A stretch of 58,916 nucleotides of DNA, counting the filler, from Sphacelaria rigidula (taxonomy: Eukaryota), in assembly GCA_964200075.2 (NCBI GenBank). It is 9 parts of 9 records of this genome, joined end to end, with 100 filler letters (N's around TTAATTAATTAA, not from the genome) between each part and the next. Parts side by side here need not be neighbours in the genome. Positions count along the whole stretch, not along the records: positions 1 to 6,458 come from CAXNAA020019956.1; positions 6,559 to 13,016 come from CAXNAA020019957.1; 7 more parts are not named here. The stretch is one strand, 5' to 3'. Made by a program: the position numbers and the translations under genes. Below are positions 1 to 12,130 of the stretch, piece by piece. Each line of letters begins with the position of its first letter. Position 1 is the first letter of the stretch. The notes under the pieces were generated by a model. The model was given only the letters and a program-made list of their open reading frames with translations, ran no database searches and was not told where the DNA came from.

Positions 1-252
1 GTGCAAGACAGATATGCCACTTCAGCCCCATATTTTGTATGAACCCCAAAATATAAAATCGGCTGTTAACAGGAGACAGCGTCAAGCAGCTGCACGCTTG
101 GCGTCAAAAGTCTCACTCAATACCTCGAACTGGAGCATAATACTAGGTAGGCAGTAGCAACTGCTGTGTGTCCAGCCGCCCCTTGGAGCAAGATGCGTTT
201 GGTTTCTGTTTGACAAAGTTTTCCCGAAAAAATCGAAATCACCGGCGGGATG

Positions 253-491
253 CTACGGTAGGGGTGCACAAATATTTCTGAGGTTAGAATTGTTAGAAGC
301 CCTTCATCTCATTCAAACCACGACTCATGAAATATGTGAAGGTACGCTAAGATTACTAGTCCAATGCGATGGGGATGTCCCAAATAAATTTGCAAACGGG
401 GGTGCCTTCACCCATGTTCTTGTTCAGCTAGAATCTTCAGGAGCCCCTGAATCAGACAAGATTTCGCGCAACAAGTGCACCCCTACCGTAG
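253..491. mobile_element. MITE, Tc1/mariner-like (TA-flanked)
   Basis: Perfect 17-bp inverted repeat CTACGGTAGGGGTGCAC (253-269) / GTGCACCCCTACCGTAG (475-491), reading TA|CGGTAGGGG...CCCCTACCG|TA. Confidence 0.7.
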
Positions 492-1543
492 GATTGCTCA
501 CTAGGGGTTTTAGACTGGAAAGGTGTAGCAGAAAATAAGTCGGAAAAAAACGATCAGCCGATTATTTTACCCGGAGCAAAAACCAAGTTCACTTCGTGAA
601 ATTGGAACAGAACACCGATAGCACTTTTGAGTTTCACCGTTTTCTCCCAGCGACCACGGTGACCTGGGGTAAAGTCATGAATGACGCCAAAGAGCCATCA
701 ACATGAGTTTTTGGCGACCCAACATATGTTTTCCTTCAGGTCATGCTACGATGGGGAGGCGTGTTTGTTTCCACAGAGAAGGGCTCATAGGTGTGTCAGA
801 TGACCTGACATACTCGCGGTGCCCTTGTTGTGGGGTAAGACGGGTGTCAGGCGGTATGAATGATCATTCTTTATCGATGACAAGCGCGTTCGAACAACCG
901 TTGCTAATTTCCACGACGATTCCAAGTGGAATTTCGAAAGAAAGCTGGCCCAAAATACCCTCCCCTCCCATCGAGGCTTTGTCGATTTCTGCCGGCCCAC
1001 AGGCCGAAACCTTGCGGTACATGAAGACTTGTTTCATCATCTTCTCTTCAAGCTGTTTGTTCGAGGCTTTTTTTAAAACGCCAAGACACTAGATGATCAT
1101 CAAGTGGCAACAGACACAAAAAACACGCCGTTTCTCGTCACGAAAAGCCGTCGTGCGTAACCCAATTCATCCCAGGGGACCTCTCTTCACACCCAACCCC
1201 TAGATATTGCATCTTTCACTTTAAAATACCATAATCTCGACGTTTTCAGCCACCTTCGAACACCCCGAAGCGTTCCCTGCGTCCTAGCTTCTTACCCTTG
1301 TGCTAAATTTACGTGCTCGTTTCCTCGAACTGGTAGCCGCAGCTATTTTAGTACCACAAATACTTATTTATCTTCACAAATGCCATGTTAATGGTGAAAG
1401 AAACGCAAAAAAAAAAAAACCCTTGTTGCATAACCCTACAAGCGCGCGTGCCCGCAACCGTGAACCCTTCAAAACTTCTTGAGGCATATGCTGCGGTATT
1501 CGTGTGCCCGTCTGTCCATTGGCCTGCAGAACGAATCCTGTAT

Positions 1544-3350
1544 TTAGTACTCCGCAAATACTTGATGCGAGAGCACGGAACGTGATGCTTTTACTTGTGG
1601 CGCAGTGCTGCACAGTGAGAAGCACATTTGGAAGCAATCAAAATCACCGTGAAACCTAGCTCCGAACGCCAACACCTTGGGCGCAAACGCAGTCCACTCG
1701 AGTCCCATGGGTGCATGTTTACTATACATACATGATGTATATCTACTCCAATGCTTCACATCTGTAGCTTGGGACTACGTACACGAGTGTTTGATCTTGA
1801 CAATAGCCAAAGAAATGGCGGTGAAATCCCGCAACCATAAATCCACTCCACTGGCCGAAATAACACCAGACGGGAATAGAGCCCTGTCAAACGCCACCTC
1901 AAGTGGATAAACACCCAGACCGGAGGAGGGGGGCATGGCAACAGCCGACTTCAGGGATCAGCACGTCAAACCCAACATTCTCGACGACTCAGTGACAGTT
2001 CATCATGGGCACTCAACCAACATCAAGACAGTCATGTCGGGACACGGCATAGAACACACCCCCACGCACTTGAAGTAGCAATTTCTCCCACGAACCATTG
2101 TTTTATGCGCTCCCCCCCCCGTTCCCTCGTTCGCCGGCCTCGCGCGGGGACTACCCATCCTTACTTCGTCTCAACCGCCAATGCATTACAACCCTCCGCC
2201 ACTGCCCGGCCGAGGAGCAGGGGAGGATTCGAATTGTTTTCACCATAACTAGACAAGCGCGTAGAGACATGACGTGGCGATGCACTCATGGCGACACACC
2301 GGTTGAGCGGAGGTATGAAAAAACACGGAGAAGCGTTTTCCCATTTGTACAACTATTTAATAGAAACCGCGTTCGCCGTACAACTGGGCAGGAACGTTTT
2401 CAAACGCTGATACTCCCACTGATCCAGCAGCAGAACTAATAATTATACCTCCCACGTCGAACCCCCCGAACAACGCGTTGTGCCAGAAAAGTCCGAGAAA
2501 GCGTCGCGATATTGTCGACGCGATACACACATGGACCAAAACATGCACAGGCACACACGTATCACATGTACATTCGAGTACAGGTGTACTATTATACGAG
2601 AAGCTCCGAAACAGTCAAGTCCCTCCACCATTAGAAACGCATGTTCTTGCCCACAAAAACACACGTTTCTCCGGCAGCCTTGAATAACACAAAAAAAAAC
2701 ACCAGCTATGACACTGTACCATTTCTCTTTTGTCAATCTTCACACTCGCTCGTCATTTTAGGTCCGCGTTCAAAAGGCACGAATACCTCAAGACAGCAAA
2801 ACATCACGTATACCTCCTCCATTCGCGGTACCCATAAGGGGCGATACTTTCATGCGATATTGGGCCGCTGTTGCCCATTCCATCATATCAGATCATGATG
2901 CAACAATTTAGACGCGGTCGGTTGGCGGTTACAACAGACCAACGGCGGCATATAGTCGTTGCGTCAACGCAGGACGTTTCCCGGTGAAATTCAGGTGCCT
3001 ACGCTTCGTCTCTTCTCGCAGTTGGGAAAGCTGCGACACAAGAGAGCGGCCAGAGAAGGAGACACAAATACATTTGCGGAGGGACATGGTCGTGGATGAG
3101 CGCTTTCGACTCGAGGGTGGGGGTAGATTCACGTGGGCGGTCGGTTTGCGGAATATTGCTTGCGTTCAGACAGTGAGACTCACTACAATGATCACTCCAT
3201 GTCGATTTCATCAAAATATTCAGTCCATGTTCGCTGTACCAGGATTCAGTGTGGACGCCGACATTCGACTGTTCCAGCGGCTGACGGTCTCAAGCGCTTG
3301 CCGGCTCGCGCAGCACGCCTTTTTGCATAAACCAACGTCGCACAGGCGAT
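1544..3350 (-). pseudogene. Decayed gene with SAP DNA-binding motif and Cys-rich segments (possible KDZ/Zisupton-type transposase relic)
   Basis: LSQLREETKRRHLNFTGKRPALTQRL (~2950-3030) fits the SAP motif and follows a ...gtcgcag acceptor; downstream stop-interrupted frames give LECTCDTC and CCHAP...RALFPSG...CFSLCSTAP. Confidence 0.35.
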
Positions 3351-4256
3351 AATCTGAGCTCTACAAACTCACTTCACCAATGGTATCCTCTGCTGCCCCC
3401 TTCACCAGAGGTTTCTCGGTCTGGATGGGGTTGGGGGTTTGAGTAGGTATTTAGTAGTTGCCGCCGCGTCCCGGTGGTCTAAATTAACCTAGCACAATGT
3501 AGCTGGAACCAGTTACGGCGGAAGAATGAGGGTTCGAATCTCGGTACATGTATCTGGGCTGTCTATCTGGGGGTATCGTGCGGCAGTGCTGATGGAATCC
3601 GCGATACCAAAATGTGAGGCGTGTACCGAGGGAGAGAAGGTTGATCCCTTGAAACCATGGACTCGCTCCGAGGAAGGGAAGGGGTTGGAATTAAGTGTGA
3701 CGGGGACGAGAGAAAAAGTGTTCACGAGGGGTTCATCGGACGGTGATCTTCAGGGAAGCTGCCTCCCCTTAGACGGGTAATCTCATTCTTCCTTCTACGG
3801 TGTAATCGCCATAATGACCAGTTCGAGTACCAAAATAAAACTCATGAGTATCAAACACCACGACTATTATCGCCCCATATTTATCTCACATGTTGAAGGA
3901 ATACTTTGGTCGTAGAGGCACCTGCCTCTTCAACTCACGCGCATACCAGCTCAACAGAAGTTTTCATTTTGATGTACGATTAATGGATCCGCGCTTGCAC
4001 GTGAAATTGTGCTTCAACATGAGCGATTTTGCCACCATGCTACACGTCGCCACACGTTGTCTGCTGTTAGGAACAAAGCTACGACAAGTACGTGGTGGTC
4101 AGGGTAAAAATATCGATTACGGCGATAGTGGTCATGTCATCGAGGCTAAAAGATTGAAGCAACCACAACGCATCAGCGGTGCCGCCGACAAAGGGCCGCC
4201 GACGAAGGCAGGTCGAAGTGATTTCGCCAGCTGAAACAACACAACATGCGCCTTAC

Positions 4257-6115
4257 ATCCCCTTGACGCTGACTACACTACAGGACCAACAACATATTCC
4301 AAGGTCAAGAACAGTAGCGCGTTCACTCACCGTCATTCCTTGGATATCGGCCTCGGTTATCTCAGGTTCCGTATGTCCTTCGTCTTGGCCATTATTAATT
4401 TCTTCCCCTCCACCCATTTCCCTCTCTTGATCATCCTCAACTTCTCCGTCACGGTCATCCATTTTCTCCTCTTGGTCACTATCCATTTCTTCCTCTCTAT
4501 CATCTTCCGCCTCTCCCTCTTGGTCATCCTCAAATTCTTCGTCACGATCATCTTCCATGTCCCCCTCTTGGTCGTCATTCATGTTTGCCTCTTTGCCATC
4601 TTCTCCTCCTTGGTTGCCCCCGACTTCCTCTTGATCATTATCCACTTCCTCTCCATCATCATGCGTTTCTTCCTCTTGGTCATCGCCCATTCCATCCACT
4701 CCATTTTCATCCGCTTCTTGGCCATGATCCATTTTATTCACCAGGTCACTGTCGCTGTCTTCCTCGGGTGATACCGACAGCACCTCTTGTTCGTCCTCTG
4801 TGCCAACAGCGTCGGTGGCAGATGCTTGTTTCGGCGTGCTTGCCCCGTACGCTGGTGTATTACTAGAAGATGCTACGGCCGCTGGTGTGATCGCGTTCGC
4901 CTTTCCCTGGGTTGCCACACCGGGTGAGTCCTCGTGGCTTCTGCGGCCTGTGAGGTGTGAACAGGATCAACGGCTCAACTTATTCATCGCGCAACGGAGG
5001 TGATCAATGACGGTCTTTTAGGATAAATTCCACTCTGGGAAATTGGTGACTTCTGTCTTTTTCGAGAGTTTTGATGGCCATGTCACCTACAATCTCCTAC
5101 AAGATTTAGGTGAATGCGCAGCTACGAAACCTCTTGCATGCGGGCCGTCACACACTTTTGCGGGGTTAGAAGATGACAGTTGTTCCATGAGTTTCCACCG
5201 GACTCCATGTTGAGCAACTCCGGATACTCAGACGAACGGCACCCGCATGGGTACTTGATATATCTCGCTCATCGACAGACGCAACAAGCCAGGAGCGTAA
5301 CAGGATCACCTACATCGCAGCTTTTGTCACAAGATACTTCGCGCAATGTTCATCACAGTTGCCCAGCCGTTCGAGGTGATTCGCCCCCATCTCCAAAATT
5401 TACCTGCTGTAAAATTTGTTTTCATGTAACAAGGAGCAACACGACTAGCCGTGGCTGTAAACAGGCTTCTCGTGGGGGTACAATAAGAGTATCGTGGATG
5501 CCAAGAACTCGTTCCGCCGCGTATTCATCAGTAGCTACAACGCACAAACAGCACCCCTCATCTCCCCCACAACCATCCTCACCTTCATGAACACCCCCGC
5601 CTCCACCGGCGCAGCCGCCGCGGTTTGTCTTCTGCCCAAGCGTCACCGTCTTGTCCTCACCCGGGCTGGCACTCTGAACCACGCCATTACCGTTGAGCTT
5701 AGGTTGATGGCCGTTGGACCTAGCGCCGCCCTCGTCGCGTTTCTTACTCAGTCTCTCCGGCCTCACAGCTTCCTCGACACTGCGGGTCCTCTCGTGAGCA
5801 CTACTCCCTGGCGGGCCACCGCCACGCTTCTTGTGGGTGGCATGTTCATCATCGGAGGCAACGCTGTCAGAATTCTCCCCCGCATGATTCCCATTTTCCA
5901 CGCTGTCGGCTCTCTTCCGCTTCTTCTTCCGCTTCAAGCGACCAACATCGCCAGCAGCAGCATCCCTACGTCTACCATCATCCGAATCTCCACTCGGACT
6001 GCGTGCACTTTTCTCCAGCTCTTGACTTGGACTGCGCGGCTCAGGGCCACTACCAACATCGCCTTTGCCTTCGCCATCCCGACTGCGGCTGCGGCTACTT
6101 CGGTCTTTTTGCCTC
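4257..6115 (-). CDS. Two exons (6115-5583, 4947-~4257) of a low-complexity RS/basic plus D/E-rich protein, partial
   Basis: cccag| acceptor, GAA G|gtgag donor and cacag|GC acceptor join in phase 1 (..VHEG|RRSHEDSPGVATQG..); acidic DDQEEE-type repeats; NLS-like KRKKKRKR. Confidence 0.55.
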
Positions 6116-6458
6116 CTGGGAGAGATGACGGACAACAGGCGATATTAATTCTGAGAATAACGGGAAGAGAAGGGCTGGCTCGACACGTTGCTCAACGTTC
6201 GAAATATTTATCGGGGGCGACGTTCATGTGCATCGTGCGGGGCTCAGGCGCGTACGGGAGAAACTGTGAAACTTCAAGCGGGACACTATTATAGCCGTGG
6301 TTCGAATGGCATCAAGGCTGAAGGAGGAGATGGAGGATGCGTTCATTCTGTGAAAGCGGCTAATAATCGGACGCAATCAGCGTAATTGTGCGTTTCTTGC
6401 TATAACTGAGAATGACACCACGTGCTATCTCTACAGCACATTCAGCAAAAAAACCAAG

Positions 6459-6558
6459 NNNNNNNNNNNNNNNNNNNNNNNNNNNNNNNNNNNNNNNNNN
6501 NNTTAATTAATTAANNNNNNNNNNNNNNNNNNNNNNNNNNNNNNNNNNNNNNNNNNNN
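6459..6558. other. Artificial contig spacer (N44-TTAATTAATTAA-N44)
   Basis: 100-bp N run with a central six-frame-stop linker; identical spacers occur 8 times. Confidence 0.98.
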
Positions 6559-8714
6559 GAGTCTGCATAAAAACGAAGACGAGCTACATGGGCGGTCTGA
6601 ACACGACCCGAAATAACGTTTTGGATCTCAAACACATGCGGGTGATGAGCACCAACCACTCTCCATGGACCAGTCCATGTCGCCATTAATTAAGGCGTAA
6701 CTCCCGGGCGACGCACGCGTGCATACAACACATAGTCGCCTACCTCGAAATTCGGCAATTCCAGCCCCGACTAAGACCCCTCACGTCTACGCGCACGTTC
6801 AGCGGCAACACGCTCCTGCACTTGAGCGTGGAAAGTTCGCTGCATTTCCAAAACTCCTTGCAACGCACGCTTTAGTTGCGCATCGTCCAAGACATCACAG
6901 TTCCACTCCCCCGCCGATGAGGACGCCAGCACCGAGAACGACGTCCGAGGTGCACGACCAAACATCACGTGATATGCGTACTATCGTATGGACGGCGATA
7001 TGCTGTATTTAGCGCCCATTGCACCGCGGGCAACACGTCCACCCACTCGGTCACCTCTCGACGCTGCTCGAGAAGGACAGAGCGAAGAGCACGAACTACT
7101 TCCTTGACCATGCGTTCGCACGTACCGTTAGACCACGGAATATACGCTACCGCAAACTGGTGATCAACGCACAAAGCCTCTCGCAATCGGGCCAAGATCG
7201 CATTCTTGAAATGCGTGGCGGTATCACTCACCCACACACGCGGCACCCCTGAAGCTTTGCACCAATTCAGCAAAGACGCAGCTGTCGATTCAGCAGTACA
7301 CACTGCTACTGCTTCCAGAGCCACAAAGTTGCTCAAATCATCCATGATTACCAACATGTATCGTACCCAGCATCCTCCGACAAACCTTGGGAAGCTAGCG
7401 GGCCACTCTCGCCCACGTACAAGAAGTCAAAATGAACGGCTTCATCCGGCGTGGTCCTATGGACCGTTTCACCGAGCGGGCGGGGAACAATATCACCCGC
7501 CCTCGAGTCTGCACAGTGAAGGCACTGGCGGACAAATTCGCGCGTTTTAGTTTCTATCCCCTGCCAGACACAAAACGTTTGCACGCGCACGAGCCCACAG
7601 CCACACCACGATGCCCGGCGTCGCGCATGTGCGCGCAAATCATCAGACGTACCTGCAACTGCTTGTCAGAACTCGGAATCCACAAAACGTTTCGGCCACG
7701 CACATGCACATGAAACAGACCTTCATTGTCCAAAATAGCAGTACCAACGTCCGACTCAAGAGATTGTACATCCGCATCTTCGGCCCCGAGATCTTTTCGT
7801 TGCGCTTGGCGGACAACAGATTTGGACAGCATGGAGTCATCAGGTTCACACGGACCACACACAGACACAGCGCGCGCAGGCAAAAGGGGAGTATTTACCC
7901 AGCGCGACAGCAAGTCACCCTACGCGTTACGTTCACCCGAAATATGACAAATCGCGTACCGATACTGGCCTAATACACCTCAACACCTCTCTAATCGCTG
8001 TACCAACGCCTTCGACACAGACGTCACGCATGCCTCCGGGTTGAAAATGTACGCCAGATTTCGGTGATCTGTGAAAATATGAACGCCAATCCACAATAGA
8101 TGCTCGAGACGAAAAAAAGTGCTCACGATAGCAAAATCTTTCTTGTCAATAGTTGCCCAATGCATCTGTGAACCCTTGAAATTACCACTGAGAAAAGCCA
8201 GCGGTTCGTGCGACATATCTTCAACCGGCAATCGTTGTTGCATTTCTGCATCAGACACCTGCGTTACAAAACTATCCCAATGACACTCGGATGCACCCGG
8301 AAACATTAGCACCTGGCAATCGGGACGGGGATGGAGCAGTGTCACGGCATGAGCCCCCAGATCCTTCGCTGCCGCCCACGCCTTCAGCCTGCCCTCCGTC
8401 CACGATGCATCCTTCTTCGGAAACGCCATGTCTGGACTGGACCACCCCGCCTGCAAATTCTGTAACACTAACCCGAGCGCAAAAAGAGTCGCCATGCACA
8501 ATGCCAATCAACTGGACTTCACTGGATCGTACCGCCGCGGCCGCGTCTTCACCGCGTATGCCCCAGATTTTGGCCGAACACGCATGAGCTCCACGCGCGC
8601 ATGGGGATCGCCCCGCACAGCACGACGACGAAACGCCTTGACGCGGCGATACAAGATGCCGCGCAAGCGTTCCGCTTTGGGAACGCTGAGGCCTTTCGCC
8701 ACAGCATCCGTCAC
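6559..8714 (-). pseudogene. Gypsy pol remnant (RT N-terminus, RNase H, integrase)
   Basis: ORF pieces 8508-8714, 7980-8507, 7554-7913, 7348-7638, 6965-7357 and 6771-6968 carry consecutive pol motifs. Confidence 0.88.
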
Positions 8715-8735
8715 GCTCTCCTCCAGCGCGACCTA

Positions 8736-10208
8736 TCAAGCGGACTTCTCTTCCGCCGGGTCCATCAATAGACCCGGGCCGTGCTCTACTAAGCGTTCCA
8801 CGTCCTCATCACGCGCCTCGGACACCTGCCCCGCCGCCTCCTGGAGAGCATCAACCGACAAGCTCACTCTGCGACTGGCCAAAAAAAGAGGCGTCTCGAC
8901 GCTCGAACCGGGAGACGGAATTTGCGTTTTCAAGGACTCTAACAGCCAATCATACGGATCGACTCCGTGTCCCCGAAGCGTTGGTAAGCCCAACAGGACG
9001 ACACCATCCGTCCCCGGCATGATCGCAAACGATATCGGGGGTAATTTCGCTGGGTCCCAGGTAGTCCTGAACGTCAACTGTAGGGGAATCGTTCGCTCCG
9101 GGACATTTTTACGTTGCCCCGATGCGGTGATGGCCGGCCGCACCCCGAGCGAGAACGGATTGCAGATTTGCTCACCAGAGAGTAGACGCTCCAGCATCTC
9201 CACAATCAGCACCGACACGCTCGTGAAATGGGCGCCTGAATCCAACACAGCATTGACCGATATGGCTCCCCGCGCCCATTGATTTGGGAGATGTAACTCT
9301 GCAGGAATATAATTTTCTTGATCCTCGACCGGCACCTTCTCCGCCGACTGATGTGTCGTGATCCCCACTTGGCGCCACGGCTGCGCGTGTGGCGTAGGCA
9401 TAGACGCCCCCGCTGGGGTCACCGGCACCGCCGGCGGGTACGAAGCCCCGCCCGCAGAACCAAATTGCAGCGGTACTCCAGCCGACGCAGCAGCGTAACC
9501 AAATTTTGGCTGAAATCCGGCCGGCTCAGCAGCAGGCGTCTCGCCTTGCTCTGCTGCCGGCGGCGCCGGCACCGAGCCCGACACTAGAGTGGTTGGTCCC
9601 ACATGCACCGCCCGTTGCGGAGCAGCAGCCCCTGCGGCTGAGCCGGACCCAGAACCGGACCCCTGCTGACGCCGCCGCTGCTGCTGCTGCTGCTGCTGGG
9701 AACTCGACTGTGCACCTCCACCGCTTGAGGATCCGCCGCCGCCGTCACCACGATTACCTTGTCTTTTTCCCCTGTGCTGACGATCCTGATGGCGCGCGGC
9801 ATGAGGCTGCCCAGAATTTTCACCGGAAGACGTTGGGCAATCGCGCGCGTAATGGTCGACCTGGCCGCAACAGTGACAAGTCCTCACCGCATGCCCAGCA
9901 TGCTTTCTGATCGTCGAAACCAATCTCGGCGGCGTTATTGTGTGCTTCTCATGGAATCTCCTCACAAAAACGCGTCGGAGGGGGGTAGGCACGAATTGCG
10001 CCATGGAAACCACCTGATGCCTCACCGCATCCCCCGCATTCGCATGCTCCACCCGCTTCTTGTATTCCACGTATTTCGTATAAAACGAACGAGAAGCACA
10101 CTCAGAATACAAATTACCATAACGTGGAGGCCGCAACTCTTCTCTCAGAACAACTGGAGCTACAGTCGTCTCCGCTGGCTCTATTGCCGGTACCTCTGTA
10201 GTCGACAT
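8736..10208 (-). CDS. Gypsy gag-protease ORF (490 aa)
   Basis: Zinc knuckle, aspartic protease DSGA motif, poly-Q from a CAG tract. Confidence 0.85.
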   Translation of the reverse strand: MSTTEVPAIEPAETTVAPVVLREELRPPRYGNLYSECASRSFYTKYVEYKKRVEHANAGDAVRHQVVSMAQFVPTPLRRVFVRRFHEKHTITPPRLVSTIRKHAGHAVRTCHCCGQVDHYARDCPTSSGENSGQPHAARHQDRQHRGKRQGNRGDGGGGSSSGGGAQSSSQQQQQQQRRRQQGSGSGSGSAAGAAAPQRAVHVGPTTLVSGSVPAPPAAEQGETPAAEPAGFQPKFGYAAASAGVPLQFGSAGGASYPPAVPVTPAGASMPTPHAQPWRQVGITTHQSAEKVPVEDQENYIPAELHLPNQWARGAISVNAVLDSGAHFTSVSVLIVEMLERLLSGEQICNPFSLGVRPAITASGQRKNVPERTIPLQLTFRTTWDPAKLPPISFAIMPGTDGVVLLGLPTLRGHGVDPYDWLLESLKTQIPSPGSSVETPLFLASRRVSLSVDALQEAAGQVSEARDEDVERLVEHGPGLLMDPAEEKSA

Positions 10209-10524
10209 TTCCGAGCGGACCTAATCGAAGGCTTCTGAACCTTCTCGAATTTCACAGTTCACAACTGCCTTCGTCGCCGCTCCACACAGCCGTGGGGTCC
10301 TATAAACTCCCGCTGCACGCAGCTCCAGCCAGTCTCCAGTCTGGATCAATCTCGGGCCAGCCGCCTTTGCAGCTACCTCAGCTTGACCCTTCTCACGCGT
10401 CCGTGAAGCAATATGTCCAAAGCTGTCCAGACTCCTTCCTGCTGATCCCTTTCCAACAGTCACCGACGATAGCACAACTAGCACGACTAGCACTATCACT
10501 AATATCGGTATTATGACGCCAACA

Positions 10525-10762
10525 GGTTGCTAGTACTGCAGCGTCTAATGCTGTTGAGGGACTCCCCAGTTCCACTGGCCTCAGGTTTCAGTTGTTGCCT
10601 TCACAACACCTTGTATTATCCTGGAGTGCCACTCAGGCGGCTCCATAAACCACATCAGGGTATCCCCCTGTGTCCATGTCATCATCCATATCATCACTAA
10701 AGACCTCAAGTCATCATCCAATCATCACTATATACTCAACGTGACGGCGTGATTTCGTCACA
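10525..10762 (-). repeat. Putative 5' LTR of the Gypsy element
   Basis: Begins TGTGACG on the minus strand at 10762 and is followed at 10521 by a TGG-initiated PBS-like TGGCGTCATAATACC; the partner LTR is not in the contig. Confidence 0.55.
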
Positions 10763-10769
10763 GGTCATC

Positions 10770-11473
10770 AAAATATATTGGGCGAGCAATATGATGGCAC
10801 GAGAGACAGGTCAATATATATATATATATATATCGTACCATCAATGTTCCAAGGCTCACGACATGCAATATATATCGACCGAACAACATATCACGACACG
10901 CGCCATCTCAATATACATTGGCCGACTCATATGTTGGTGCGGTAAGCCACCAATATATGTGTGTCGAGTAATATATTGGCTGCCACCCGACGTCAACATA
11001 TGTCGAGGATTCAATATACTCAACGCCCGAAGCGCCAATATATATTGCCGCCCCAATATGTCGTGCGTCAATGCGTCCAATATATACTGGGCGGACAATA
11101 CACGAGGGAAACGACGGTCACAATAAATACTGGTGTGGCAATATATTGATAAGTCAACATGTAGATTGGAAAGTGTGTTGTAATAAGTATAGTGATCAGT
11201 TTTGTGTACGCGGGCGCCATTGAAGGATATATCGCCACATGCCGAAAACGCTCAATACATTCTCCCGCGAGCGTGTTCAATATATATTGGCTGCAAAATA
11301 GCTATGCGATGAGCGTGCGCGATATATATTGGAAAACAATAATCTTGCATGTTTTGTGTTCAATGTATATTTTGGTAACAATATTTTACGCAATTCTTAG
11401 ACTCAATACATATATTGACACTCCACTACATACACGGTGGGCATGCACAATATATATTGGATGGTTTCTTACC
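10770..11473. repeat. Degenerate array of palindromic CAATATATATTG-type motifs (~42-bp period in places)
   Basis: Many variants (caatatatattgcc, caatatatactgg, caatatacattgg, caatatatattgg) separated by variable sequence; ends in TTTCTTACCGG. Confidence 0.7.
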
Positions 11474-11579
11474 GGAGCAAAAGCATGTGATTGCCGCCGG
11501 TAGTAATGGCGGATGGTCGATCACGTCCACAACATATGAGAAGCCGCTTGCGGATGAGGTGGCATGGCGTTGAGGGAAG

Positions 11580-12072
11580 TGGAATAGTCGATGGAAGTCA
11601 CTACGGACAGTTGTGGATATCAAACAAGATACACCTGCATTCGATTGACCTGTTTAACGCATCTCGCGCGTCCCGCTCTTGGTCGCCCGAAAGATAATCC
11701 TCGAAGGTGTGGTTGTACCAGAAGTCGGCCTGGCGGCGGGTTGACGTCCTAGGTTTTCCGATCTCTTTCAACGCTCTCCCTCCGATCCCAAGTTGCGCCA
11801 TGCGCCTTGAGCAGGGCTGCGAACGGCTTGTACTGCGACCAACACATGAGAAACTGATGTGCTACGACAGCATTCATTGTGACCTAACACAAGAGTTAAC
11901 TGCTGTTCGGAGCTGGCTCTCTGACGTATCCCGCCTCGCAGTTCAGGATATTGAGGCGAAGGGCTCGGCGGGCGTCGTCGATAACCGTAGCATCACATCG
12001 TGGCCCGTGCTTAACAAGGGCCACCCTATCAGCACCCCCTTACAGGCGAGATATCCAGGAATGAATCCATGA
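11580..12072 (+). pseudogene. Ulp1/C48 SUMO-protease-like relic
   Basis: LWISNKIHLHSIDL..*SSKVWLY..WRRVDVLGFP..LMCYDS..VRSWLSD..SWPV resembles the WLND/RKVDIF/YYDS motif order; internal stop; catalytic HW not recognisable. Confidence 0.4.
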
Positions 12073-12130
12073 CGCCCACAACACCGAATAGCGGGAATGC
12101 ACCGAACCCTTTGCTGCATGCTCTGTAATA

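Larger units (their letters stand above)
6559..10762 (-). mobile_element. Ty3/Gypsy LTR retrotransposon, decayed, RT core deleted, 3' end cut by contig edge
   Basis: Order gag CCHC (CHCCGQVDHYARDC), protease (VLDSGAHF), RNase H (HEPLAFLSG, IFTDHRNL), integrase (HMRDAGHRG..CLHC, VHFDFL, VSDTATHF, SNGTCERMV, WTGPWRV); stops and frameshifts. Confidence 0.93.

Noticed and set aside
4340..6294. Plus-strand ORFs of 143 aa and 266 aa that look like membrane proteins
   Set aside because: Antisense shadows of the charged low-complexity minus-strand exons
6503..6514. TTAATTAATTAA as a biological motif
   Set aside because: It always sits in the centre of N runs; it is an assembly linker
8428..9282. 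284-aa plus-strand ORF
   Set aside because: Antisense to Gypsy gag-pol, with no motifs of its own
10770..11473. CRISPR array
   Set aside because: Repeats are short and highly degenerate, spacing is irregular, no cas genes are present, and the context is eukaryotic TE
1544..12072. SAP/CxC relic and Ulp1 relic as one Zisupton element
   Set aside because: They lie on different contigs separated by an artificial spacer
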